Below are positions 45,944 to 55,561 of a DNA stretch of 64,000 nucleotides, piece by piece; the stretch's first letter is position 1, and every line of letters begins with the position of its first letter. The notes beneath the pieces are model-generated. The model was not told the DNA's origin and ran no database searches. It saw only the letters and a program-made list of their open reading frames with translations. This DNA comes from an uncultured Thermotogae bacterium (GTDB lineage Bacteria; Bipolaricaulota; Bipolaricaulia; RBG-16-55-9; JAJCYT01), in contig CAZNGF010000006.1 in assembly GCA_964572855.1 (NCBI GenBank), positions 3,910 through 67,909 on the forward strand, read 5' to 3'. A program made the translations under genes and the position numbers.

Positions 45944-47251
45944 TCATGGGTGTCCCTTCTCCGGCTCGGGCGCCAGCGCGCGCAAGCGCTCCCGTAGCTC
46001 GCCCACCAGGTAGAGCGAGCCGGTCGCGCACACGAGGTCGTCCTCGGCGCTGGCCGCCAGGGCGTGCGCCAACGCGTCGCCCGCGTCCTGAAACGCCAGC
46101 GCGCCCGCGTCGATGGAGCGAGCGTACGGCAGCAGCGCGACAGGGTCAAGCGCGCGCAGCGCGGCCGCCTTGGTGAGCACGACCGCATCGAACCACGGGA
46201 AAAGCGTCTGGGCCACGGCCGTGTAGTCCTTGTCGTCGCGGATGCCGAACAGCAGGTGCTTGCGCGCGCCGGCGTGCAGCAGCGGCTCGTACTCGTGCAG
46301 CGTCTCCAGCAAGCGCTCGGCACCGTTGGGGTTGTGCGCCCCGTCCAGCACGAACCGCGGCGCGCGCCGGACGGGCTCGAAACGCCCGGGCCAGACCGCG
46401 GATTCAAGCCCTGCCCTGAGCTGCGCGCGGTCTAGATTGAATCGTCTCTCGAGCGATTCCAGCAGCGCCAGCGCCGTGCTCAGGTTTTGCGCCTGGTAGC
46501 CCCCGAGCATGCGTAGCGTGATTGGCCCCCAATCCGTCTCGAAGCGTTGCCCATCCCAGGAGAAGTCGAGCCGGCGCAGCGGCTCGGCCACGCGTTGGCG
46601 CACGCCCCGAGCGCGACAGACCTCGGCCACGACGCGCTGCGCTTCCTCGGGCAGCGGCGCGCTCACCAGCGGCGCGCCCCGTTTGACGATCCCCGCCTTT
46701 TCTTTGGCGATCTGCGCCAACGTGTCCCCGAGCAGATCCGTGTGCTCCAGGCTGAGCGCCGTGATGGCCGTGGCCAGTGGGCGCACGACGTTGGTGGCAT
46801 CATACCGGCCGCCCAGGCCCACCTCGACCACGGCGGCATCCACCCGCGCGCGCGCGAAGTGCGCCAAGGCCACCGCGGTCACGAGCTCGAACACCGTGGC
46901 GTCGACCGCTTGTGCGGCGGGCTTGAGCCGCTCGACCCACTCGATGAACGTCCCCAGCGGGATCTCGGCCTCGTCGATTTGAATGCGCTCGCTCCAGCGC
47001 GTCAGGTGCGGCGAGGTGTAGAGCCCGGTCCGCAAGCCCGCTGCCGAGAGCGCGCGGGCGGCCAGCAGCGCCACCGAGCCTTTCCCGTTGCTGCCGGCCA
47101 CGTGGACCGCGGGGAACGCGTCCTCGGGGTGTCCCGCCGCCGCGCAGAGCGCGCGCACCCGTTCCAGCCCCGGTTTGATCACGTCCCGGGGGTAGAACGC
47201 GCTCAGGTGCGCGTGCAGGCGGTCGAGCTCGTGAGACGATCCAGTGTCCAT
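45944..47251 (-). CDS. folC: bifunctional folylpolyglutamate synthase / dihydrofolate synthase
   Basis: 435 aa. VHVAGSNGKGS P-loop and Mur-ligase middle and C-terminal domains. Confidence 0.9.
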   Translation of the reverse strand: MDTGSSHELDRLHAHLSAFYPRDVIKPGLERVRALCAAAGHPEDAFPAVHVAGSNGKGSVALLAARALSAAGLRTGLYTSPHLTRWSERIQIDEAEIPLGTFIEWVERLKPAAQAVDATVFELVTAVALAHFARARVDAAVVEVGLGGRYDATNVVRPLATAITALSLEHTDLLGDTLAQIAKEKAGIVKRGAPLVSAPLPEEAQRVVAEVCRARGVRQRVAEPLRRLDFSWDGQRFETDWGPITLRMLGGYQAQNLSTALALLESLERRFNLDRAQLRAGLESAVWPGRFEPVRRAPRFVLDGAHNPNGAERLLETLHEYEPLLHAGARKHLLFGIRDDKDYTAVAQTLFPWFDAVVLTKAAALRALDPVALLPYARSIDAGALAFQDAGDALAHALAASAEDDLVCATGSLYLVGELRERLRALAPEPEKGHP

Positions 47252-47312
47252 AGGCGAGCGGGAAGTAACGCCGGAGCGCTTTTTCTTATCCCTTCATCCT
47301 GACCCCTTGCCC

Positions 47313-50009
47313 CTACGTCTTGACTCCCAGCAGCTCCAGGTTCTGCTCCAGCCGCTTGACGCGCTCCTGGAACTCCTCCAGCTTCTGCTGTTCCTTCTCG
47401 ACGATGGCGGGCGGGGCTTTTTTGAGAAAATCCTCGTTGTCGAGCTTGTGGGCCGAGCGCTCCAGGTCGTCCTGGGCCCTGGCCAGCTCCTGGGCCAGCC
47501 GCACGCGCTCGGCGGCGATGTCGATCACGCCCTCCAGCGGCAGGAACACCTCGGCGTACTCGAACACCTTGCGCGGCGCCTGGGCCGGGCGGGTCACCTC
47601 GGGCCCCACGTCGAGCTGGGTCACGCGCGCCAGCGACTCGAAGGCCGCGCGGTAATCGCGCGCCAGGCGCTGCACGCCCTCGTTCTCGGTGCGGATGAGC
47701 GCGGGCGTGGGCTTGTCCGGCGGCAGGTTGAGCTCGGAGCGCATGGTGCGCACGGCCGTGATCAGCCCCTTGAGCGTCTCGAACTCGGCTTCGGCCTGCT
47801 CGTCCAGCAGCGCGTCGTCGGGCCGCGGGAACGGCGCGGTCACGACGCTCTCGCCGGAGGCGTGCGGCAGGTGCTGCCAGAGCTCCTCGGCGATGAACGG
47901 GACGAACGGGTGCAGCAGCTTCACGACCTCGGTCAGCACCCGATGCAGCACGGCCTGCACGGTCGCGCGCTCGCGCGCGTCGTCGCCGTAGAGGCGCGGC
48001 TTGATCCACTCCAGGTACCAGTCGCAGAAGTCGCCCCAGATGAAGTTGTAGAGCGCGCCGGCCGCCAGGTTGAAGTCGTAGTGGTCCAGGTGCTGTCGCA
48101 CCTCGCCCACCACGCGCTGCAGCCGGCTCAGCACCCAGCGGTCCTCGAGCGTGAGCGCGCCGGGGTCCGGGGGCTTGCCGTCGTAGCCGTCCAGGTTGGA
48201 CAGCACCAGGCGCGCGGCGTTCCAGATCTTGTTCAGGAACTTGTGGTAGCCTTGAATGGCGCTCTCGGTCAGTCGCAGCTCCTTGCCCTTGGAGGTGCCG
48301 GCGGCCAGCGTGAAGCGCAGCGCGTCCACGCCGTACTGCTCCTTGAGCGAGAGCGGGTCGATCACGTTGCCCTTGGATTTGCTCATCTTCTGGCCGTGCT
48401 CGTCCACGATCAGCGGGTGGAAAAACACCTTGTAAAACGGCACGTCCTCCATGAAGTGCAGCCCGGTCATGATCATGCGCGCCACCCAGAAGAAAATGAT
48501 GTCGGGCCCCGTGCTCAAATACGCCGTGGGATAGAAGTAGCGCAAATCCTCGCTCTCCTCGGGCCAGCCCAGGATCGAGAAGGGCCAAAGGGCCGAGGAG
48601 AACCAGGTGTCGAGCACGTCCTCGTCCTGGCGGATCTCGCCCGAGCCGCAGTGCGCGCAGGCCTCGGGGTCCTCGACGGCCACGGTGATCTCGCCGCACG
48701 CGCCGCAGTGCCAGGCCGGGATGCGGTGCCCCCACCAGAGCTGGCGCGAGATGCACCAGGGGCGGATGTGCTCGAGCCAGTTGAAGTAAACCTTCTCCCA
48801 GCGGGACGGGATGAACTCGATTCTCCGCTCCCGCACGGCTTTGAGCGCGGGCTGGGCCAGCGTGTGGGCGTCGGCGAACCACTGGGTCGAGAGCATGGGC
48901 TCGGCCACGGTGCCGCAGCGCTGGCAGTGGCCCACGGCGTGCGTGATGTCCTCGGTCTTGACCAGCAGGCCCCGGGATTGCAGATCCTCGACCACGCGCG
49001 CGCGCCCCTCGGCCACGTCGAGTCCGGCGTAGGCGCCGGCCTGGTCGTTGAGCGTGCCGTCGGGGTTGAGCAGGTTGATGAACGCGAGCCCGTGCCGCTC
49101 GCCGATCTCAAAGTCGGTTTGGTCGTGGCCGGGCGTGACCTTGACGAAGCCCGTGCCGAACTCGGGGTCCACGGCCTCGTCGGCCACGATCGGGATCGGT
49201 CTGTCCATCAGCGGCAGGATCGCTTTCTTGCCGATGAAGCCCTTGGTGCGCGGGTCCTCGGGGTGGACGGCCACGGCCGTATCGCCCAGCAGGGTCTCGG
49301 GCCGCGTGGTGGCCACCTGCAGTTCGCCCCCGCCGTCTTCCAGCGGATACGTGATGTAGTAGAGCGTGCCGGGCTGCTCCTCGCGCTCGACCTCGATGTC
49401 GGAAAGCGCCGTGCGGCACTGCGGGCACCAGCCGATGAGCCGCTCGCCGCGGTAGATGAGCCCGCCTTCGTACAGTTTCACGAACGCCGTGCGCACCGCC
49501 CGGGAGAGCCCCTCGTCCATCGTAAAGCGCTCGCGTCGCCAGTCGCACGAGGCGCCCAGCACCTTGAGCTGGCCGCGGATCTTGCCGCCGTAGTGTTCGC
49601 GCCAGGCCCAGCCCAGCTTGAGGAACCACTCGCGTCCCAGGTCCTGCCGGCTGAGCGGCTCGTCGTGCTCGGGCAGCTCAAAACCGATCTCGCGCAGCAG
49701 GTGGTCCAGCGAGCGCTCGCGCAGGCCCTTTTCGATCAACGCGTGCACGGCGATGCTGGCGTGGTCCATGCCGGGGAACCAGTTGGCCGCCTTGCCGTCG
49801 GCGCGCTGGTAGCGCACGACGACGTCCTGGAGCGTGTTGTTGAGCGCGTGGCCCATGTGCAGTTCGCCCGTGACGTTGGGCGGCGGGATGGCCACCGCAA
49901 ACGGCTCCTTTGACGGGTCGGGCTCGGCGTGGAAGTAGCCGCGCGCCTCCCAGGTTTCGTACCAGCGGTCCTCTGCCAGCTGTGGATCGTACGTTTTGGG
50001 TAGCGTCAT
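47313..50009 (-). CDS. valS: valine--tRNA ligase
   Basis: PPPNVTGELHMGHA (HIGH motif), KMSKSKGN (KMSKS motif), CP1 editing domain and a C-terminal coiled coil. Start taken at ATG 50009; the ORF track begins at 50030. Confidence 0.96.
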   Translation of the reverse strand: MTLPKTYDPQLAEDRWYETWEARGYFHAEPDPSKEPFAVAIPPPNVTGELHMGHALNNTLQDVVVRYQRADGKAANWFPGMDHASIAVHALIEKGLRERSLDHLLREIGFELPEHDEPLSRQDLGREWFLKLGWAWREHYGGKIRGQLKVLGASCDWRRERFTMDEGLSRAVRTAFVKLYEGGLIYRGERLIGWCPQCRTALSDIEVEREEQPGTLYYITYPLEDGGGELQVATTRPETLLGDTAVAVHPEDPRTKGFIGKKAILPLMDRPIPIVADEAVDPEFGTGFVKVTPGHDQTDFEIGERHGLAFINLLNPDGTLNDQAGAYAGLDVAEGRARVVEDLQSRGLLVKTEDITHAVGHCQRCGTVAEPMLSTQWFADAHTLAQPALKAVRERRIEFIPSRWEKVYFNWLEHIRPWCISRQLWWGHRIPAWHCGACGEITVAVEDPEACAHCGSGEIRQDEDVLDTWFSSALWPFSILGWPEESEDLRYFYPTAYLSTGPDIIFFWVARMIMTGLHFMEDVPFYKVFFHPLIVDEHGQKMSKSKGNVIDPLSLKEQYGVDALRFTLAAGTSKGKELRLTESAIQGYHKFLNKIWNAARLVLSNLDGYDGKPPDPGALTLEDRWVLSRLQRVVGEVRQHLDHYDFNLAAGALYNFIWGDFCDWYLEWIKPRLYGDDARERATVQAVLHRVLTEVVKLLHPFVPFIAEELWQHLPHASGESVVTAPFPRPDDALLDEQAEAEFETLKGLITAVRTMRSELNLPPDKPTPALIRTENEGVQRLARDYRAAFESLARVTQLDVGPEVTRPAQAPRKVFEYAEVFLPLEGVIDIAAERVRLAQELARAQDDLERSAHKLDNEDFLKKAPPAIVEKEQQKLEEFQERVKRLEQNLELLGVKT

Positions 50010-50198
50010 AACCTCTCCCGGTTCGTGCAAGCGTCGTGGAATTGCGGGTTATGGTAGCAGACGGCTTCCCTTGCTTCAATTGGAGCGCTCCACCGCATGA
50101 GGCGCCCCCCTCTTGCACGTTTGGTCGAACTTGGGCTATCTTGCCACGGGCGTTCATCCGGAGTGAGGGACCAATCCGGCGTGACCGAGGTGACCCCG

Positions 50199-51395
50199 AT
50201 GAACTGGATGCGAAACGCGGCCGTGGGGCTCGTCCTGCTGGCCTTGCTGGGTGCGTCTCCCCTGTTCCCGACCGAACAGAGCCAGCGCTTGGCCGAGGTC
50301 TTCTCCGAGCGCGTGCGCGCGCTCGAGGTGAGTTTCAACGTGCCGGAGCTCGGTTTGCGGAACCACGTGCGCACGGCCGTGGCGCTGGCCTCGGACGAGG
50401 CGGGCACGTGGTGGCTCACCGCGCCGGCGGCCCTGGAGCTGCCGGGACACGTGGACGCGACGCTGGCCGAGGTGCAATTGAGCGATTCGGAGGCGAGCCT
50501 GAGCGTGCGCGCGGTCGTCGATGACTTCAGCGGCACGTATGCCTTGTTACTCGAAAGCCAAGACCGGGCCTTTGCGCCCCTCGCCGTGCGCCAACTCCTC
50601 CCGATGCACGGCCTGCAGTGGGCGGGGCTCCTCTACGCGGCCGAGGACGGGGCGGTGCGCGTCCTGCCGGGGCTGCAAGAAATCGAGGGGGTCCACGAAC
50701 GCCCCAACGGCCCGGCCAAGGCGTTCACGTTCCGCACGTTCGAGCGCCTCCCCCGCAGCGCGGTCGGCGCGCCGGTCTTCGTCAACGCGTTCGGCGACTT
50801 CGCCGACGGGAGCGCCCCCGGCTTCGCGCTGGCCGGCTTCGTGGTCGAACCCCGCCTCCCGGCCCCCTCGCTCCAGCTCCGGGTCAAGGGCGTCCAAGCG
50901 CCGTTTATGGGCAAGCTGTTTCCGAAGGGGATTGAAAACAACCAACTCGTTACCGAATCTAATCAAACTGAAACCACCAATGTTACTACAGATGGAAATT
51001 CCGCCGTATTGATTAATGAATTTGATGCAGATCCACCTGGAGAAGATAAAGACAGCGAATGGGTCGAGCTGTTCAATTCAGGGGAAGATGCTGTAGATAT
51101 CAGTAATTGGTTTATCGTGGCAGATTTCCAAGGTCAAGGAGGGAATAACGAAGGTAGAATCAGATTCCCTCCAGGTACAGAAATCGGCCCGAGAGAAGTC
51201 CTGGACTTCCAAGGAATGGGGCAGGTCTTGGACAACGAAGATGAGGTAATTGAGTTAAGAAACTCCTCGTCTTCGGTCATCGACTCGACACCATCGCTAA
51301 GCGACACTGGAGACGGCTGTTGGGCTCGTGTTCCAGATGGGAGCAGCAATTGGAACTTTCGGCCTTGTACACGAGGGGAGTTGAACGGAAGTTGA
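50199..51395 (+). CDS. secreted protein with C-terminal lamin-tail domain (LTD); compositionally chimeric
   Basis: Signal peptide MNWMRNAAVGLVLLALLGASPLFP. The C-terminal 150 aa read VLINEFDADPPGEDKDSEWVELFNSGEDAVDISNWFI...VIELRNSSSSVID, the LTD signature. GC drops sharply from about 50925 to the stop. Confidence 0.8.
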   Translation: MNWMRNAAVGLVLLALLGASPLFPTEQSQRLAEVFSERVRALEVSFNVPELGLRNHVRTAVALASDEAGTWWLTAPAALELPGHVDATLAEVQLSDSEASLSVRAVVDDFSGTYALLLESQDRAFAPLAVRQLLPMHGLQWAGLLYAAEDGAVRVLPGLQEIEGVHERPNGPAKAFTFRTFERLPRSAVGAPVFVNAFGDFADGSAPGFALAGFVVEPRLPAPSLQLRVKGVQAPFMGKLFPKGIENNQLVTESNQTETTNVTTDGNSAVLINEFDADPPGEDKDSEWVELFNSGEDAVDISNWFIVADFQGQGGNNEGRIRFPPGTEIGPREVLDFQGMGQVLDNEDEVIELRNSSSSVIDSTPSLSDTGDGCWARVPDGSSNWNFRPCTRGELNGS

Positions 51396-51410
51396 GCAGT
51401 GGTTCTTGGG

Positions 51411-51520
51411 TGTAGGGGCGCGATTCATCGCGCCTGTGGGCACGCGCTTCGGCCGCCCGTGAAGTCTATCTGGTCATGAACCAGACGCGTAAGCCGGATC
51501 CCATGAATGGGACCCCTACA
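51411..51520. repeat. 110-bp hairpin-rich spacer element bounded by TGTAGGGG ... CCCCTACA
   Basis: The left end (GTAGGGGCGC-GATTCATC-GCGCC) is a third copy of the palindrome arm. The complementary 8-mer CCCCTACA lies at 51513-51520. Internal hairpins are CTGGT-CATGA-ACCAG and GGATCCCA-TGAA-TGGGACCC. Confidence 0.4.
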
Positions 51521-51552
51521 CAGTAAAAACAGCGTGGTCCTGTACTAGCTCT

Positions 51553-51627
51553 TGGAGCCGGGGATGGGAGTCGAACCCACAACCTACGGTTTACAAAACC
51601 GTTGCTCTGCCGTTGAGCTACCCCGGC
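51553..51627 (-). tRNA. tRNA-Thr (anticodon UGU), CCA encoded
   Basis: Reverse complement folds by hand into a cloverleaf. Acceptor GCCGGGG/CCCCGGC; D arm GCTC-AACGGCA-GAGC; anticodon arm ACGGT-TTTGTAA-ACCGT; variable loop AGGTT; T arm GTGGG-TTCGACT-CCCAT; discriminator U, then CCA. 75 nt. Confidence 0.9.
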
Positions 51628-51683
51628 GCGAAGCGGGGCCAGTCTATCCCGCTTCCCTTGCCGATTCAAGCAACGAGAGGACT

Positions 51684-52670
51684 TCAGCCCTCGCCGCCCT
51701 CGTCCGAGGATGTGTCCACCGGCGAGACGAGCTCCAGCGTGCGGCTTTCCTCGTCGACGGGCTTGGCCCGGATCTCACCAAGGATCTCGCCCTCGACCTC
51801 GCCGCCCTCGAGCGTGTAGCTGAGCACGAGCGGGTCGCCGTCGGGGCTGAGGTTGGTCTGGAACGCGCTCAGCTCGCCGCTGGCCAGCGCCAGCCCGCCG
51901 CCCAGGGACTCCACGATCGCGGCCAGCTCGAGTTCGACCTTGGCCTCGACCCGGATCTCGACCTCAATCGTCTCCTCGCCCACGCTGATGGTGCGCTCGA
52001 CCAGGACGAGGTCGTTCTCGTTGGTGTCGGTGCGGTTGCCGCTGGGGGCCTCGGGCGTGTCCGCACAGGCCGTGTTGGACGGGTTTGAGTCGCCGTGGTC
52101 GTTGAAGGCGATCACGCGGTAGCAAAAGGTCGCCGCCGGCTCCAGCCCCTCGGCGTCCGTGAAGCTCTCGGCGTCGGTTCCGAGCGTCTCGAGCGCCTGG
52201 AAGTCGCCCCCGTCGGGACGGCGCTCGACCCGGAAGCCGGTCTCGTTGTCGGCCCCGTCGCGCCAGCTGAGCGCGATGGCGCCGGCGTCGTCGGCCTCGG
52301 CTTGTAAGCCCGTGGGCGCGTCCGGCACGGGGCGGCGCTTGACGAACAGCGTGGCCTGCGCGCTGTGGCTGATGCCGAACCCGTTTTGCACCGTGAGCGA
52401 GACCACGTAGTTGTCGGGCCGGTCGTAGGTGTGCGTCACGATCATCTGCTCGCTGGTGGCGCCGTCGCCGAAATCCCATCGATAGGAGACGATGTCCCCG
52501 TAGATGTTTTGGGACGACGCCGCGCTGAAGTCGACCTGGAGCGGCACGCTCCCCTGCTGCGGCACGGCCTGGATCACGGCCACGGGCGCGAGCTTGGTGC
52601 CCTGTAGTAGGCCGCACCCGCTCAGCAGCACCGCCGCCAGCACCAATCCGGTCAGTGCGATTCGTTGCAC
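51684..52670 (-). CDS. lipoprotein with PKD and fibronectin type III domains
   Basis: GTG 52670 follows AGGAGAG. Lipobox VLLSGC. PKD unit (VDFSAASSQ...YRWDFGDGATS...HTY..PDNYVVSLTV.N). FN3 unit (PTGLQAEADDAGAIALSWRDGADNETGFRVERR). Confidence 0.82.
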   Translation of the reverse strand: MQRIALTGLVLAAVLLSGCGLLQGTKLAPVAVIQAVPQQGSVPLQVDFSAASSQNIYGDIVSYRWDFGDGATSEQMIVTHTYDRPDNYVVSLTVQNGFGISHSAQATLFVKRRPVPDAPTGLQAEADDAGAIALSWRDGADNETGFRVERRPDGGDFQALETLGTDAESFTDAEGLEPAATFCYRVIAFNDHGDSNPSNTACADTPEAPSGNRTDTNENDLVLVERTISVGEETIEVEIRVEAKVELELAAIVESLGGGLALASGELSAFQTNLSPDGDPLVLSYTLEGGEVEGEILGEIRAKPVDEESRTLELVSPVDTSSDEGGEG

Positions 52671-52905
52671 GATCTCTCCTTTCCGAAGGGCCTGCGCCGA
52701 CCGACGCGTGCGGCCGGCTCGGACGAAACGGCGGGGCAACGCCCGCAAGGCTCCCACCCCGATGACACGTCTGTCGTCAGGCATTCTAGCCAGCGGAAAG
52801 CCCTTTCGGAGTGATACGGCACACCGAGGCCGCGCGCAAGCGGTCGCGCTCGGCCCTTTACTTCAGGGGATCGAGCGCATAGGATCGGGGCAAGGGTGGG
52901 AACCA

Positions 52906-53226
52906 ATGGGCAAACGGGTGACCAAAGCCGAGCTCTGGGAGGTCGTGCAAGCCGCGCGGCGCTTTCGGGCGGCGCTGGCGGCGCTGGAGAACCGCCCGCC
53001 CGACTGGCGCTACCTGCTGGACGACCCCGCGGGCGACGAGCTGGCCCGGGCCCAGGCCGCGCTGTTCGAGGCGCTGGACGCGCTCGAGGCCCGGCGCGCC
53101 TCGCACAAGGGCGACGCCGAGCGGGACGATACCGGCCAGCTGGAGTTGTTCCTCCCGCGCAAGCAGCGCGCCAAGCCCGCCGGGGAGACGTTCGTCTCGA
53201 AGTTCAAGTCGCCGCGGGAGAAGTAG
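52906..53226 (+). CDS. hypothetical small basic protein
   Basis: 106 aa from the internal ATG. Helical N-half and a basic tail containing GQLELFLPRKQR. Confidence 0.45.
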   Translation: MGKRVTKAELWEVVQAARRFRAALAALENRPPDWRYLLDDPAGDELARAQAALFEALDALEARRASHKGDAERDDTGQLELFLPRKQRAKPAGETFVSKFKSPREK

Positions 53227-53228
53227 CG

Positions 53229-54485
53229 TTACGAGGCCTCGACGCGCACGGGTTCGACCGACTTGGGGTCGGGCAGGCGCCAGAAGGCCAAGACGGCGGC
53301 GAGCAGGAACAGGATCGCGGTGGCCACAAAGGTCGCGCGCAAGCCGAACCAGAAGGCCACGGCCGTGCCGGCCAGCGGAGCCACGGCACGCGCGCCGGAG
53401 TTGATCGAGTTGTCGAGCCCGAACACCGCGCCCTCGTCGCCGGCACGCGTGTAGTTGGTCAAGAGCGCGCTGATGGCCGGCACGACGCCGCCGAAGCTCA
53501 AGCCCACGCACGCCTGCAGCGCGAGCAGCTGCCAGGCCGAGCTCACCAGGCTCTGCGGCAGGTAGAGCAGCGCGCCGAACAGCACGCTGGCGATCAACAC
53601 CTTGCGGTGCCCGATCCGGTCGCCCAGCCGGCCCAGAAACATCGTGCCCACCGTGGTGGCCGCCGAGGCCGCGCCGATCACCAAGCCGGTCATCGTGTTG
53701 ACGCCCTGCTGGCTGGCCAGCAGCGTGGCGATAAACAGCGGCGCGATCGGGATGATCATGACGCGGCCCAGCATGACCAGAAAGCGCACGCCGTAGGCGA
53801 TCCTGACGCCCGAGGCCGACAGGATGATCCGCCAGGTCTGGAAGAACGTGGGGGAAGCGGAATCAGCGGACTTTTGGGCCGGCTTGGCGCCCTCGCGTAC
53901 CCCGAAGACGACCATGACGCCGGCCAGCAGCAGGAGCGCGGCCGTGACCAGGAACGCCTCGCTGTAGCCGAACAAATCGGCCAGCGCCCCGCCCAGGATG
54001 GGCCCCACCGACACGCCCACGAACAGCCCGCTCTGCAGCAGCCCCATGGCGTAGCCCGCGTGCTGGCGCGGGGCCTCGGCCGCCACCAGCGCGTTGGCCG
54101 CCGAGACCGTGCCCGTGATCAGCCCCTGGATCACGCGCAGCACGACCAACTGCTCGGCCGAGCCCACAAAGCCCATCAGCAGGATGATGAGCGCGCCGCC
54201 GAACAGCGAGCGCTCGACCATGATCTTGCGCCCGAAGCGGTCGGCCAGCGCGCCCCAGATGGGCGAAGCGATCATCATCGTGACCGCCTGGCCCGAAAAC
54301 ACCAAGCCGACGAGGAGTTCGAGGTTCCAGCCCAGACCCGAACCCAGGTCCTGCACGTAGAGCGGCAGGAACGGGAAAATGCTCGAGAAGCCCACCGCGG
54401 TCACGAGCTGGGCGAAGAACATGATATAGACCGTGCGCTTCCAGTTGGTGGAGACTGTGGCGTTGTGCCGTTTCAAACGGGACAC
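53229..54485 (-). CDS. MFS transporter
   Basis: 418 aa with 12 predicted hydrophobic helices. The GALADRFGRK loop motif lies between TM2 and TM3. Confidence 0.88.
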   Translation of the reverse strand: MSRLKRHNATVSTNWKRTVYIMFFAQLVTAVGFSSIFPFLPLYVQDLGSGLGWNLELLVGLVFSGQAVTMMIASPIWGALADRFGRKIMVERSLFGGALIILLMGFVGSAEQLVVLRVIQGLITGTVSAANALVAAEAPRQHAGYAMGLLQSGLFVGVSVGPILGGALADLFGYSEAFLVTAALLLLAGVMVVFGVREGAKPAQKSADSASPTFFQTWRIILSASGVRIAYGVRFLVMLGRVMIIPIAPLFIATLLASQQGVNTMTGLVIGAASAATTVGTMFLGRLGDRIGHRKVLIASVLFGALLYLPQSLVSSAWQLLALQACVGLSFGGVVPAISALLTNYTRAGDEGAVFGLDNSINSGARAVAPLAGTAVAFWFGLRATFVATAILFLLAAVLAFWRLPDPKSVEPVRVEAS

Positions 54486-54580
54486 CTCGGTTCGTGGATG
54501 GAGACCGGCCGAAGGTCCCTATGATGGCAGATGAAGGAAAAAAATCAACGTTCCCCTGGAGGGCGAACGCGCCCCGGCGC

Positions 54581-55561
54581 TCAGTCCGGCAGCGCGGAGT
54601 CCTCCAGCCCGCTGAGCCGGACGCACGCCTCCCAGAGCTTCTGTCGGGCCGCGGGCGTCTCGCGGGTGGAACCCATCCGGTGCGTCGGGCGCGGGCGCCG
54701 GTCGAGCCAGAATTTCCCGTTCGATCCCAGCGCTTCGTCGGAGGCTGCCAGCCAAGCAATCGTGTCGGCTCCCTGCGCGGGCGAGCGCAGGAACGGCTTC
54801 GTGAAGCGATAAAAGCGCGGCAGCGCCGCCCGCAGCGTGGCCGTGTCCACCCAGCCGGGGTGCATGGCGTGGAAGACGACGCCGCTGCCCGCGTGTTTTT
54901 CCGCCCAGAGCTCGGCCAGGATCACCTGCGCGCGCTTGGTCTGGGCGTAAACGGACGCCGGGCGGTATTCCTTGCCCTCGGTCTGGAGGTCGCCGGCGTC
55001 CAGCTTGGCCGCGTACATGCCCCCGGAGGAGACCAGCACGACGCGCGCGGGAGCGCTCTTGTACAACAGCGGCAGCAGGCGCTCGGTGAGGGCGAAGGCG
55101 CTCAGGACGTTGGTGGCAAAGGTCAGCTCGTTTCCCTCCGGTGTCACCTCGCGCGTCGGGCGCATGACGCCGGCGTTGTTGACGATGCAGTCGAGCCGCT
55201 CGAAGCGCGCCAGCACGCGGTCGGCCAAGGCGTGGGTCTGCTCGAGCGAGCTGAGGTCGGCCAGCTCGAGGAAGACGCCCCGGTTGCCCGTGCGCTCGAT
55301 CAATTCGCCGCGCGCGGCCTCGCCCTTGGCGCGTCCGCGGGCCACCAGGATCACGCGCGCGCCGCGCTCGGCCAGCCCTTGCGCGGCCGCAAAGCCGATG
55401 CCGGCGTTGGCACCCGTCACCAGGTGGACCTGGCCGCTCAGGTCCACGTCGAGGTCGGCCGGGTCCCACCCGCGCCGCCGCAGACTGTAACCCAGGCGCG
55501 TGTAGCTCAGGACGACGGTCCAGTCCAAAAGATCGTCCAAGCGGCGCAAGCACGCGCTCAC
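54581..55561 (-). CDS. short-chain dehydrogenase/reductase (SDR)
   Basis: VTGANAGIGFAAA (TGxxxGxG), NNAG and YAQTK (YxxxK) motifs. GTG 55561 overlaps the upstream stop (GTGA). The ORF-track start at 55672 lies inside the upstream gene. Confidence 0.85.
   Translation of the reverse strand: MSACLRRLDDLLDWTVVLSYTRLGYSLRRRGWDPADLDVDLSGQVHLVTGANAGIGFAAAQGLAERGARVILVARGRAKGEAARGELIERTGNRGVFLELADLSSLEQTHALADRVLARFERLDCIVNNAGVMRPTREVTPEGNELTFATNVLSAFALTERLLPLLYKSAPARVVLVSSGGMYAAKLDAGDLQTEGKEYRPASVYAQTKRAQVILAELWAEKHAGSGVVFHAMHPGWVDTATLRAALPRFYRFTKPFLRSPAQGADTIAWLAASDEALGSNGKFWLDRRPRPTHRMGSTRETPAARQKLWEACVRLSGLEDSALPD

Noticed and set aside
15807-51418. Counting the bare 8-mer GTAGGGGC (five copies: 15807, 17213 on the minus strand, 45040, 47315 on the minus strand, 51412) as proof of a repeat family.
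   Set aside because: My back-of-envelope expectation for this 8-mer on both strands at this base composition is also about five, so the 8-mer alone is not significant. Only the 10-nt arms, the perfect 28-bp palindromes and their post-stop-codon placement carry weight, and these are reported separately.
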